Below, piece by piece: positions 45,918 through 59,765 of a stretch of DNA of 64,000 nucleotides; position 1 is the first letter of the stretch; every line of letters begins with the position of its first letter. A program made the position numbers and the translations under genes. The DNA comes from Octopus vulgaris (Eukaryota): positions 131,998,001-132,062,000 of the forward strand of contig OX597818.1 in NCBI GenBank assembly GCA_951406725.2, read 5' to 3'. The notes under the pieces are model-generated. The model was not told where the DNA came from. It did not search any database and saw nothing but the letters and a program-made list of their open reading frames with translations.

Positions 45918-47855
45918 CTGTAAAGTGATTGTCATTAGGAAAGGGATCTTACTGTGGAAATAATACAAAACTTGGGACAGATGAGTAAGATACGTTCTTC
46001 TGATATGTCTCGTAGGACAGCAACATTGAATAAAAATTGTCTCAGACTATGTCATCCTGTCCAACCCGAGCGCAGGTGTGTGTGTGTGTGTGTGTGAGTG
46101 AGTGCGTGTGTGTATGTGTGTGTGTGCATGTGTGTGAGTGTTTGTGTGTAGATGCATATACATATATATTCCAGTGACTTGTGAAACTTGGAAACCCAAA
46201 ACTCACTAACAAAAGGAGAACAAATTTTTTGTACAAGACATAAAAAAATAAACACAAGTATATATATGTTTTAGTATGACTGTCACACAAACTGCCAATG
46301 TATGACTATAGATGCAAGTTTTATGCCTTGTCTAAGAATTCTTCTATTCAAAAAGTCTCACATTTTCATTAATAAAAGTATGAATATCTCTTGTTATTGC
46401 TCTTTTCCCGTTGCCCTCTCTACTTAAGAACCTTGGACTTTATAAAGAAACAATCATTATATAATATAAACAAGACTGAATGTGTATGCTCATGTCAGTA
46501 GTCTAGTGTGTGTGTGTGTGTGTGTGTGTGCTTGAGTTATTCTCTCCACCTTGTATAACATGTAATAAACTTCTGGTCTCTAACGAAGCATTACTTGATT
46601 GCCTGCCTCACTAATAGTTTTCAAATATAATTATAATAGCATTTATCACTTATAGTTGCTGATCACTTCTATTTCTCAATATAGGAAACTAAAGCAGGTG
46701 TCAGTATTCGGTCGATTGATTTGCTAGAAATAGCTCTCAAATTTCCCTCAAATAACATCCTCTCCTTTTTACAAACCTGGAAAGGTCACATTCGATAATG
46801 TAATTCCTACACAGATGGGGTCTGTTTGATCAAGGATACCTTTGGGGCAGGCAGGTGGCTAAACAAGAAAAGAGATAATTCATAATAAACGATGAATTCT
46901 TAGATTAATTTATATTCATACTTGATATGTTAAAGCCAGATATTTTGTACTTCAGTCTTATTGAGAATAGAAAAATTGATATGGATATCAAAAGTAATTT
47001 TAAGCGTACATTCTTCTCAATATACATTTCTGAATACACACTGATACTTTGTTAAGATATACATTCATGCACGTACACTAATTAAAAAATGTATTTAGAT
47101 ATGTTAGTAGATAGGAAGTTGTGGAAATTCAGTTGTCCTTACTCTAACCTTTTTTTTTTTTCAAGATGGGAGGGTGTGATTTTAAAGAAATTTGGCTATT
47201 TATTCTACGATACTTCGCATTTTTATTACACGTATGTTTGTGCTGTGTTGTGTTGTGTATGTTTTAGTTCTCTTTTCTTCGTTCTAGATTTCTTCTTTCC
47301 TCTTATAATATAAACAAAAAGATGATTTAATGTGGTCGAACTTGCAAAATGCCCCAAGTGGTCTTTCGTCAAGGGACATAACTCTTGTCTATAATAGCCA
47401 GGTCTTGGGGTTCTGGACACACACGCTTTCTCACTCTTTCTCTCTCTCTCTCTCTCATCCGTACTTATATTCTTTCTGTGTGTTTCTCTTTATCAACTTG
47501 TTTATCTTTCTGTTAGTATATCTTTCTCTTGAAAGAAATACTAACAGAATATATTATTTTTAATTTTAAGACCAAGGGGGGAAAAAAACGGCTATTTCAA
47601 AAGAGTTTTTTTTTTTGTTTCATTTTCGTTTTGTATTTTGCCTGTATCAATATCTATAAATCATTTTATTTTTTATTACATATGCATAAACAGATTGTCT
47701 CTCTCTCTCTCTCTCTCCCCGCTTTTGTAATTTCTTAACATGGATAGGAGTGTAGTAGTGGAGTGGGGTATGATAAATCATTGCTTTCCCCTGTCAAAGT
47801 AACGGCAGATGTGTATGTGTGTGTGTGTGCGTATGTGTGTGTGTGTATGTGTGTG

Positions 47856-47892
<37 letters not shown>

Positions 47893-47930
47893 GTGTATGT
47901 GTGTATGTGTGTGTGTGTATGTGTGTGTGT

Positions 47931-47986
<56 letters not shown>

Positions 47987-48209
47987 ACGTAGCAATTCCA
48001 ACTGGGAATCGGAAAAAGCAGGTTGCGCGATCGATTTGTTTAGTGATTGTGAACTGCACTACCACTGCCCATTGACACATTTGCACACATAACACACAGG
48101 ACACTTGATATGAAATAAAATTATATAACCAGAATTAATCGGAGCGGTAGAACTGAATTGTGGGACTTTATTTTATTTTATTTTATTTTTTTTTGGCTTT
48201 TCTAAGTTA

Positions 48210-48439
48210 GGCGATCTTTCGTCTCTAGTAGACCTTTCCGTCGATTTCCGTAAAAAAATTAATTTTTTTTTACATATGGGCTTGCGGGAACTTTTGAAGT
48301 AATATACATACACATACACCGAGTAAAAGATTTCAGTTATCTCTTTCTTTCACACATTACTCTGTCTCTTCACACACACTAACAGAAGCACTTCACTTAC
48401 ACAACATACTTTCTGTCTCCCACACCCCATCAAACACAC

Positions 48440-48470
<31 letters not shown>

Positions 48471-48651
48471 TGTACATCAATGCTTCCCCTGGACGGTAAC
48501 TTCAAAAGAACTTCCCTCGTCATACAATCGCTTTCTCTTAGTCTCTTTCGCTCTCATTACTTCAAAAGTTCCCGCAAGCCCATATGTAAAAAAAAAAAAA
48601 AAATTTTTTACGGAAATCGACGGAAAGGTCTACTAGAGACGAAAGATTGCC
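48210..48651. mobile_element. Non-autonomous DNA transposon with ~94-bp TIRs (same family as 5361-5635)
   Basis: GGCGATCTTTCGTCTCTAGTAGACCTTTCCGTCGATTTCCGTAAAAAA...GGGAACTTTTGAAGTAAT and its reverse complement ending CGAAAGATTGCC; no clean direct TSD. Confidence 0.88.
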
Positions 48652-48891
48652 CCACTTAGCTCTAGAGAAGTGTGTAACAGTACCAGTCAAGTACTGGGGT
48701 CGATGTGATCGATTTACCCTTTCCCCAAAAAATTTCAGGCCTTGTACCTACCGTTGAAAGGATTATCATTATCCGTGATTCACTTTGCCTTTCTGCATTT
48801 CGGAGCCGATAAAATAAGTACAAGTCAGTACTGAAGTCGATGTAATCGACTAGCCCCTGTCCCCTAAAATCTCAAGCCTAAAGTCGAAAGG

Positions 48892-48941
<50 letters not shown>

Positions 48942-48942
48942 C

Positions 48943-49379
48943 ATTCTGTAGTTTTATTTTTATAGCGTGCTTTCACTTCACTACCGAGCGCAGCTCTGTG
49001 TGCCTTGGGTATGTGCTGTGATTTGTTGTGATGCTCTGATGGTTATTGTATGGAAAGTGTTCTGCGTAGGATGTGTGCAGTGCCTAGTAGTGCAATTTTA
49101 TGTATGTTATATGTGTTTGTAAGTCCTGGTGTTTTTGTTATGTATTTGTCCGAATATTTTTTTATCATGCCTAATGCACCTACTATGATAGGAATTGTGT
49201 CTGTTTTTAGATTCAACATTCTGGTTACCTCTATTTCCAGGTCTTTGTATTTTGAGAATTTCTCCATTTCTTTTAGAGACACGTTGTCATCTGCCGGTAT
49301 TGATACATCAATTAGAAAGCATTTTTTTTTCTTCATGATCTCTGACAACTATATCTGGTCTGTTGGCCTTAATTTCTCT
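48943..49379 (-). mobile_element. 5'-truncated R4/Dong-like non-LTR retrotransposon (restriction-like endonuclease C-terminus) in (TAA)n
   Basis: Minus strand REIKANRPDIVVRDHEEKK, frameshift in an A-run, then CFLIDVSIPADDNVSLKEMEKFSKYKDLEIEV...PIIVGALG...LLGTAHILRRTL*; PD..D..K signature of RLE-type elements; (ATT)n on both flanks. Confidence 0.88.
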
Positions 49380-50245
49380 ATTATTATTATTATTATTATT
49401 ATTGTCATTATTCTGCTCTAGGTTAAAAGTAACTGATCGGACCCAGGGCATTCTACCTATGACAGATCTTAGTCTCGTCAGGGATGTTTTCGACTGTATT
49501 ATCTGATGTGTCCTTTTCTTTTTTAAGATGATATGGTGTGATGTTAAGGAAAATTGGCTATTTTAGTCCACGATACTTTATAGCTTTACAGTATCTTTAT
49601 GTATGTATGTATGTATGTATGTATGTATGTATGTATGTATGTATGTATGTATGTATGTATGTATGTGTGTGTGTATGTATGTATGTGTGTATGTATGTAT
49701 GTATGTATGTGTGTGTGTGTATGTATGTATGTATGTATGTGTGGGTGGGTGTGGGTGCGTGTGTGTGTGTGTGTGTATGTATGTATCCATGCATGCATGT
49801 ACGTACGTGTGCGTGTGTTACTTTGAAGTCCGCATCATAGTCTTGCTCCTAGCTTTTCTACTTCCATATAAAACTTCAAATTTTTATTTTCATATGTAAC
49901 ATATAAACATGTACATCTTTTAGAACATTGTCATTTTATAAGATTTTGCAGGGGCGAATTTTTAGATTAACATAAGCATTTATTTACATGAAAGAAAATT
50001 ACCCGGGACCTTTCATCTAATTCCGTTAGATTTCTCTGTTAAAACTGTAGTGAAACCATTTGTGGGGGATTTTGTTTTTACACATTATGCCAATAAAGGA
50101 TAAACAAACAATTTTAAAAAATCTATAAAAACAACAGACAGCAAAAGAAAAAAATAGGCAGGAAAACAAACTGAAATTGTAGCAAAAAAGAAAAAGGGCA
50201 AAGCAGAGTAGGGTTGCATGCAGTTCTTTGCAAACTTACCTATAC

Positions 50246-50450
50246 CTATTTCTTTTCTACCCACAAGGGGCTAAACATAGTGTGGACAAACAAGGACAGA
50301 CAAAGGGATTAAGTCGATTATATCGACCCCAGTGCACAACTGGTACTTATTTAATCGACCCTGAAAGGATGAAAGGCAAAGTTGACCTCGGCGGAATTTG
50401 AACTCAGCACGTAGCGGCAGACGAAATACCTCTAAGCATTTCGCCCGGCA
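50246..50450 (-). mobile_element. Family A SINE, 5'-truncated
   Basis: Close match to 206-410. Confidence 0.88.
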
Positions 50451-50697
50451 CCATCATAGATGGGTTGTTAGAGAGGGGATTTATTTTTTTTTCATGGTGA
50501 GCATGTCACTGAGTTTCTGTAGGCCTATTTGGCTCAGTGACAGAAACCTCTAAAAAAGGGCCATAGTTGATTGGATCACCACTGTATATTACTGAGTCCT
50601 CTTTTAGTGACCAAGTGAGGTAGAAGTAAAATCAATTCCTATGGAATTTGAACTTAGGATGTGAAAAGACACAAGTAAATAAATAAAAGGCATTTAA

Positions 50698-50915
50698 CCC
50701 TTTAGTATTTAAACCGGCCATATCCAGCCAAAATAGTTAATCTGTTTTATGTTCAAACTGACCAGATCCAGGCTCTCACACCTACCCTACAATGTTATTC
50801 TACATTAGGTAATTACACCATCAAGATCTTGAAGATATGAGATAATGCATGATTAATTCAAATCAATATGAATCAATAACATTATGTTTGATAGAATAAT
50901 CTGAACACTAAAGGG
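50698..50915. mobile_element. piggyBac-type MITE (family P1)
   Basis: TTAA|CCCTTTAG ... CTAAAGGG|TTAA. Confidence 0.88.
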
Positions 50916-51321
50916 TTAATCTGGCTCAGCTTTTTCTGTTGTGCCATCCCAATGTTAATCAGCACTAAATTCAAGTCTACTTATAGGAAGCCTATTGTAT
51001 AAAAAAGTTTCTGAAATTAATTAGGTTACTAGGAGCTCAATGTCTCCAAGATATAAAGCAATTAAGAAATCAACATGCCAAAAATATCTACAGTTGAGTT
51101 ATAGCAATTCAGTAGACCATACAACATGACTATTACCAATTTCATCAATCGCAGAGGAATAAAGATCCAAGAAGGTCAAGACTGGAAACCAAAGGATTAA
51201 CTATTTAAGTATTTATATATTTTCATCTGAAACTACAGTTCTCTGGAATCCCCCCCCCCCCCACCTAGTCCATGTTAGTTCAATTGTTAACCCCCAGATA
51301 AGCCCTAACAGATCACCTTAA

Positions 51322-51542
51322 CCCTTTAGTGTTCGCATTATTCTACCAAAATTAGTGCTTTTTCATCCACATTGCCTTGAACTAATCAAGCATTATCTTG
51401 TAGCTTTGAGATTTTGATGAGGTAACTGTTACTTTTTAAAACGATATTGTCGGGTTAGTGTGAGAGACCAGATCTGGCCAGTTTGAACATAAAACTGGCA
51501 GAATATTTTTGGCCGGATATGGCCGGTTTAAATGCTAAAGGG
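51322..51542. mobile_element. piggyBac-type MITE (family P1), inverted orientation
   Basis: TTAA|CCCTTTAGTGTT ... TGCTAAAGGG|TTAA; reverse complement of 38077-38297. Confidence 0.9.
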
Positions 51543-52602
51543 TTAAAGCTGAAGGCATTCCAGCTGTGTCCATCCCATCTTTTGTATAATGATAAGCTGT
51601 GATCTGAGGGAATTTGACTCCTATTTCTAACAGTTCAAGCAACCTATTTCCATGGAATTTGTTGCATATACTGTGAGGTGAATTTACTTTGACAAGAAAC
51701 CAATCGATCATATTGTTTTTGTTGTCATTGTTATCATCATCGTCATTTTCGTTGCCTTCTTCCTCATTGTTATCAATGTAATTATCTTTATTTTGATTTT
51801 GTTTGTTTTGTCATGCAAGGATTGCTTTCAATACTGTCATCTCATCTATAAGGCCCAACATCTTAAGTTCTAAGTTCACCAATGTTTCTCATGCTTTCTG
51901 TGGAGTTTTTTCTTTGCCACCACACTTAACAGACCAACACTTCTTACCAGGCAGATACACACAAATACACAAATACACAAATTAACACACACACACACAC
52001 ACACACACACACTCCACCCCTCTCTCTCTATTCTTTATTAATTATTTTTTATTATCAGAGTAGTCATCTTTCTTTTTAATTTTCTATAAATGTAATTTTG
52101 AAGTGAAGAAAACATGCTGGGGACTAGGGTGGGGGAAGATATGACATGTAAAACAACAAAAACTGTAAGGAAAGTAAAAGCCAAAAAATAAAAAAAAAAA
52201 CCCCCCACAATAACAAATAACCCAAAAGGAAAGAAAAGAAGAAAAAGTAATGACAATAGAGAAAATTAAGAAAGTGTGTGTGTGTGTGTGTGTAAATACA
52301 GTTTGATAATTTAAAACATTTTCACTTGTTGTATACATACAGATACATATGTGTGTATATGCATGAATGTATAATACATAAATGATGAAGATGGTGACAC
52401 TTTATATATCTCCCTCCACAGGCACATTTACATGCATATATATTTTATACAGTTAGAATGCATGCATGCATGTATGTATATGGTGAATATACATGTATGC
52501 ATTTTTGTATTGATGTGTGCACACATACACACACACACATGCATAAATGTGTGTAACTATGTTTGTATTCTCAATATGTTTTCAAGTAACTATGATTATG
52601 TC

Positions 52603-53018
52603 AGGAGTGGCTGTGTGGTAAGTAGCTTGCTTACCAGCCACATGGTTCCGGGTTCAAGTCCCACTGCGTGGCACCTTGGGCAAGTGTCTTCTGCTATAGC
52701 CCCCGGGCCGACCAATGCCTTGTGAGTGGATTTGGTAGACGGAAACTGAAAGAAGCCTGTCGTATATATGTATATATATATATATATAAGTGTGTGTGTG
52801 TGTGTGTTTGTGTGTCTGTGTTCGTCCCCCTAGCATTGCTTGACAACTGATGCTGGTGTGTTTACGTCCCCGTCACTTAGCGGTTCGGCAAAAGAGACCG
52901 ATAGAATAAGTACTGGCCTTACAAAGAATAAGTCCCGGGGGTCGATTTGCTCGACTAAAAGGCGGTGCTCCAGCATGGCCGCAGTCAAATGACTTAAACA
53001 AGTAAAAGAGTAAAAGAG
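52603..53018 (+). mobile_element. Family B SINE, near full length
   Basis: AGGAGTGGCTGTGTGGTAAGTAGCTTGC...AAACAAGTAAAAGAGTAAAAGAG; matches 3243-3638. Confidence 0.92.
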
Positions 53019-53427
53019 TATACTCACACACACAAACATACATATATACATACTGACACACTTATTCATAGATGTATGTTTGCTGCATGCATACACACAT
53101 GCACTTGCACACACGCACACATTAGTTTCCTGAAAATGACTGTGGCATCATTTAATTATTTCCCCCACCCCCCACCGTTTCATAGTTCATAGCCATTATC
53201 ATCATCATCATTTTTTCTTGGTGCGGTGGTGGTGGTTGTCACCATTGTTTCTGGTCCACTTCTAACCCTCCTTCTCCACCTAAAACATCTTCATCATCAT
53301 CATCTATATATCATCATCCACAGTATAATTGTTCTATTGAAAACACTACTTTCTCTTTCTCCCACGCTTCCCACATTGTGTGTGGTGTGTGTGTGTATAT
53401 ATATACCATGTGTGTGTATATATATAT

Positions 53428-53474
<47 letters not shown>

Positions 53475-53527
53475 TATATATACACATATACATATATATA
53501 CACATATATATTTACATATATATACAT

Positions 53528-53767
<240 letters not shown>

Positions 53768-54108
53768 AGTTTGTAACAGATGGCAGTGATTTGTTGCTCC
53801 TATGATCTTCATAGTTTTGATAAATAAGAGCTGATCAGATAAATGGATTAATGATGTTTTAGAAGCTTTGATTTCCCTATTATCAGTTTGACAGCTACAG
53901 AAAACCAGAAACTATGAGAGAAAAAAATTTACAACATGCAGTGTCCTGATACAGAATAATACTATTATATAGACTCTTTCTCTCTCTCTCTCTCTTATAC
54001 ATATGTGTGTATGTGTGTGGACATATACATACATATATATGAAACACAATTATTTTATGTACATATATATATATATGTGTGTGTGTGTATATATTTGTAT
54101 GTGTGTGT

Positions 54109-54150
<42 letters not shown>

Positions 54151-54946
54151 ATATGTGTGTGTATGCATGTGTGTGTATATATATATATATGTATATATAC
54201 TCTCACACACATGTGTGTGTATGTATATGTATATATATGTGTGTGTGTGTGTATGCATGTGTGTGTATATATATATATGTATATATACTCACACACACAT
54301 GTGTGTGTATATAAAAAAATGTGATTCATTAAAGAGAAAAAAGGCTGGATAAATTCTCTAATTATGTGTCTTTGCATATGTGTGCGTGTGTGTGTGTGTG
54401 TGTGCGTGTGTGCATGCACATATGCATTCAAAGATGTATTCATGCATTTGTATATATTTATCAGTGTGCAAGTATGTTTGCTTGCTGAACAGAATACATT
54501 TAATTTTTGGGAGAGAAAACAAAACAAAACATAACAAAAACAAGCGAAATAAAAGTATGGCATTTTTGTATTTATCATCATTGTTGTTTACCACCATCCA
54601 TCCCCATCCTCATCCCTATAAAGACGATAACAATAACAACAAAAACAACAATAAAACCCATCATCATCATCATCGTTATCGTCATCATTATTATCATCAT
54701 CATCATCACTATCTCCACCACTACCATCATTATCAGCATCATCATCATCATCATCATCCTCACCATAATCCATAAATATATTTCATTAAATTTTGAGCCA
54801 TAGATGTTTTATCTGATGATTTATAGTTGAAATAGAAAGATAACCAACCACTATTTTCTTGTTTATGTATTTATTTAATTTACTTTTCAAAACATTAACA
54901 AAATTCAGAAAATTATATATACATGTGTGTATATATGTATAATACA

Positions 54947-54977
<31 letters not shown>

Positions 54978-55011
54978 GTATATAACATATATATTTGTGT
55001 GTGTCTGCATG

Positions 55012-55046
<35 letters not shown>

Positions 55047-57436
55047 ATATATATATATATGTGTGTGTGTAAAATAGATTTTAAAAAATAACACTAATCA
55101 CCAATAAACTATAACTTATTTATATATGCCATAGATGAATGGAATCATACTTGTCCCTTGTACAGATTTTTATTTTAATCTGCTCCGAACATCACTAAAT
55201 TATAAGGTTAAACTACATTTTTACTGATATATGTAGCTATAATTATGAGTTATATCTACACATCTATATTTGAAAGCAATTTAATTGAATCATTTTGAAT
55301 TTTCTCAATTTTTTTTGTTTCGTTTTTAATGACTTTGCATATTTAAGTGTCATGTATTTATAAATTTACAAATAAGCAATAATTTTTGTTTGTTCGTTTA
55401 TACTAAGTTGTTTAGAAATTCTTCAAAAAAACCTGGGTTTTTTTTGGTCATGATTTCTTTTTTCTTTTTAAATAACAGAATAGAATCAAAACTATTTTTA
55501 TATATTTTTTAAAATAATAAACCTATTAAACTGAGGATTTAAAATAATTTAATTTTTACTTCTAAATTTCACTTAGGTGGTAGGTTGGAAGAATCATTAG
55601 AGTGCCTTACAATATTTAATTAAAGACCTTTTTATACTGCTGAGATCAGCTTTTAACCTTCTGAGGTTGTTAAAATAAAGTACAAATAATGTACTAGGAT
55701 CACTATAATCAATTGAACCCTCACACACACACAAAAAGAAAAACAGAAACAAAGCAAAAAACATACAGTATTTTAAAGAATGTATGAATGAAAAGTAGAT
55801 TTTGCAAGCTACATTACAGGCTACCCATCTTGAAAGGCAGTATCTCTGAATAAGAATTGATACAGGGTACCAAAGACTCTTTAGTCCTCTTGCATGGGAG
55901 AACTTATACTGTTGATGTTACCATAAGATTCTCCCTGTGTTTTTTGTAAGGTGGCCAGTGATGTGGAGGGCATCCAACCACAAAAACTATGCCAAAGATG
56001 GTATGTAGGAGTGAAACATGGATTTTGCAAATCATGTCTCTGGCTGCTTGTTTAGTAGGACACTAACTCTGAATAAGACTTTGTGCAGGTTTGAAGGAAC
56101 TCTTTAGTGCATTAACATGAAAAGAAACAGTTCTAGAGTTAGTGGGGGATATAAAATATATGTTGTAAGACTTATACAATAATAAAGTTGTCTGGTTTTC
56201 TTTATTGCTGTGTGAGCAAACTGACAGGAACTGTAGGGAGTGTTAAGACCCATCCAACTGATACAAGCATGGAAAATGGTTGTGAATGACAGTGATGAAA
56301 TATTGTACTCATACAAAACTACGCATTTGTAGTGGTGGAGTATAGTTGACTGAATAGATTTTATAAGCACTGGAAGGACGATAAACAAAGTAGGTTATGG
56401 AAAATTTGAAACAGTGATGATAATGATGATTTCTTTGTAATAACAATTTTAGTAATAAAACAACTTCATATCCAAAATTGTTTAAACCAACAAAAGAACA
56501 ATAAACAATATTTTTCTTTGTCACCATGGCAATATGCAGGAAAGAGATGTATGACAGACAGCTTGTCTGAGCAGCTTGTTGCTAAATTCCTGATGATTTG
56601 AATTTAAATTTATTGTTGCAGAGATCTCAGTTTCCAAGTGACTTTGGATGGTGTTGTAGTTGTTGTTATTGTTGCCGCCACACTTTTCTGCATGGTCTTT
56701 GCCAACTACATCAAGCAAATAAAACATGTCAATACAACAATGGTCAATTATGCAGCATCTATGCCACTGACAGCAGTGGACTGAAGCTTTGTCTTAGTGC
56801 TATGTATTTTAGATGGAAACGGTTAGTGATAATGGTTGTGGTGATAGTTGTGGAGATTCAAAATATGGTTGAAATTGAGGAAGAAATACAGAAAGTGTTC
56901 ATGGTTCATTATTCCCCTACTATTCCTTCCTCTTTATAATATCTAGTTTATTTACACTTGGATATAAATAATTTCTACTAATCATATTAATAGTTATGTG
57001 GATACGTCTATCATTTTTTAAAATCTTTCAGTCACACTTACCACTCAATTCCACAAGATGGTTTGGACTATGTTTTGAGATTCTTGTTGCTATGCTAAAA
57101 TGTTCTAAGGTAGCAAATTTCAATCCACAACTATTAGATTCTAACTACCTTAGCAAGAAACTATGATGAGTTCTTGATGTTAGGTTATTGTGCCTGGCTG
57201 TAGAAAAAATAGGTGCATCCGCAGTTTGTATGTAAATGTTTGAATTTTTTCAATCCTTTCAACCAAAACAAATGTTCAGAAAAAAATGTGATCCATTGCT
57301 ACAGGCAACAGTTATATGTAGTTGTCATTATAAATGGAAGAGCCATTAGCATGCTGGACAGATTGCTAGGTGGCATTTTGTTGGTTTTTATGTTCTGTGT
57401 TCAAATTCTGCTGAAGTCAACTTTGCTTTACATTCT

Positions 57437-57438
<2 letters not shown>

Positions 57439-57477
<39 letters not shown>

Positions 57478-57658
57478 TTAGCGTCCGCTTTCCATGCTAG
57501 CATGGGTTGGACGGTTCAACTGGGGTCTGTGAAGCCAGAAGGCTGCATCAGGCCCAGTCTGATCTGGCAGTGTTTCTACGGCTGGATGCCCTTCCTAACG
57601 CCAACCACTCCATGAGTGTAGTGGGTGCTTTTTACGTGCCACCTGCACAGGTGCCAAG
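57439..57658 (-). mobile_element. Family C retroposon 3' part, nested in a decayed family A SINE
   Basis: (CAT)n-TTAGCGTCCGCTTTCCATGCTAGCATGGGTTGGACGG...GTGCCACC; flanks are the two halves of a decayed family A copy (GTTCAAATTCTGCTGAAGTCAACTTTGC before, GTCAATAAAAAATGTACC...GGCCTTGTGCCC after). Confidence 0.8.
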
Positions 57659-57877
57659 GTCAATAAAAAATGTACCATTTGTTGATGTAATTGTTGCTCT
57701 TGGGTCACACCCACAACCCATAAAATTTTGCTGGCCTTGTGCCCAAATTAGAAAGAATTATCAATGATGGTATATTCAGTGGTTTTAGCTCTAAAGCTTA
57801 GGTGTTGATGTGTTTTAGAAGTGGTGGTGGTAGCAGAGGTTGGGATTGTGATGATGATTATGTTAAGGATGAGTATT

Positions 57878-58263
57878 GGGAGCACTCCGTCGGTTATGAC
57901 GACGAGGGTTCCGGTTGATCCGATCAACGGAACAGCCTGCTCGTGAAATTAACGTGTAAGTGGCTGAGCACTCCACAGACACGTGTACCCTTAACGTAGT
58001 TCTCGGGGATATTCAGCGTGACACAGAGAGTGACAAGGCCGGTCCTTTGAAATACAGGTACAACAGAAACAGGAAGAAAGAGTGAGAGAAAGTTGTGGTG
58101 AAAGAGTACAGCAGGGATCACCACCATCCCCTACCGGAGCCTCGTGGAGCTTTTTTAGGTGTTTTCGCTCAATAAACACTCACAACGCCCGGTCTGGGAA
58201 TCGAAACTGCGATCCTACGACCGCGAGTCTGCTGCCCTAACCACTGGGCCATTGCGCCTCCAC
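57878..58263 (-). mobile_element. tRNA-derived SINE, family D, full length with 13-bp TSD
   Basis: Minus strand GGAGGCGCAATGGCCCAGTGGTTAGGGCAGCAGACTCGCGGTCGTAGGATCGCAGTTTCGATTCCC (A and B boxes); TSD AAGGATGAGTATT at 57865-57877 and 58264-58276. Confidence 0.92.
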
Positions 58264-59722
58264 AAGGATGAGTATTACACTGATTCTAATTGTGGTTGTA
58301 AGGATGATGATGGAGGTAACTGAAGCAGAAGAGGAAAAACAGAAAATGTTTAAGTTTCACTAATCTTTCTCTCTCCTACACACTTTTATTCATTTACACT
58401 CGGAAAATAAATACTTTTCTTTCAATTAATCATATCATCAATGATGGTATTGTTGGTGGTGTTGGTGTTGGTAGTGGTGTTGTATATATAATTAAATCGC
58501 TTCCAAGTGGAACCGAATACAGCTGAGGTGGTTGAGAGGTTAGGTATGTGATAGTGTTTGGATATGATTAGGAAAAAAGAAGCTGCAAAACAGTTTTGTT
58601 GCCATAAATCTACCATCCAGATAAGGGAATGGTAGTTTGGACAGGGATTTATTTACTTTTTTTATTTATTTATTTATTTATTTATTTTATTTCCTGCTAA
58701 CTCTAAAAACCTTGGTGAAGGGAAACCAACAAAAATCTTATCTGATAAATAATACACAGAGATATTCGATGTATATTATTTAGATGAATCAATCTGAAAT
58801 GACCAGAGGAGTAAGGTTTTTTATTATTTATCTCTCTTTTTTAACATGTCAGACTGGTGTAATCAGAGATTTGATTTCAAAATGGAGAAGGTGGAAGATT
58901 TTTTCTTATATTTTATGTGTGACATTTTTAACATCAAAACTACCTTTTGTCGTTGTTGTTGTTATTGTTGTGCACTTTTTTTTCACTTTGGTCTTTCCCT
59001 ATCATTTGTAAGTAAACTAATGAGGGTGGCTTAAGTTGCTGTGAAACACAAGTGTGTGAGAGTAAGTTTTACCCACCACCCCACCCCACCTATGTCTCTT
59101 GCATATTCACATAACTTAGCTATCGGGTAACAATAAAATTAGAATTTACAGTCCATCTACTGCAGGATCAACTTTGCTGCCATTTAATTATTTAGTCAGC
59201 ATCTTAAAACTGATTTCTTAATGCAGGCATAAAAATTCAATTTTATGAGGAAAGGAAGAGAATATGTGATATCTATGCCTTTCTGAAAGGGATGACAGAC
59301 AATAAATCAAAGGCATGGCTACAAGCAGAAATTGAAAGTGAACCTCAGGCTTCTCTTGTTTAACAACATCTGTATCACCAGCATATGAAGAATGTCTGTA
59401 CCATTGCAATTTACTGATTTCTTTTCATGAGCAGCAAGTTTCTGCCTAAACTGAATTGAAACTGAAATAGTGCATGTTCATCTTTTCAGCATATATATAT
59501 ATATATATATATATAGAAAATAGTAAAAAGTGAAAAAACTACAGAAGGCTTGTTTTAGAAGGTTAAAAAATATATATTTGAGTCAATATGTCTGAAGGAT
59601 GTTATAAATTTTTTTCCTACAGTGACATAGTTTTTGAAGAAAGACTGGTTTCGCGTTCAGCTTTTCAAATTTCTTACATCGTTATGTTTACGTTGAGAAG
59701 AGTTATATATATATATATGCTG

Positions 59723-59765
<43 letters not shown>

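Noticed and set aside
56521-56727. 68-aa minus-strand ORF with a possible acceptor (GATGTAG|)
   Set aside because: Low complexity, no recognisable domain and a weak acceptor; not enough support to call an exon.
58185-58263. tRNA-like sequence with A and B boxes (also a B-box-like motif near 24080)
   Set aside because: It is the head of a TSD-flanked SINE and continues into a SINE body; not a stand-alone tRNA gene.
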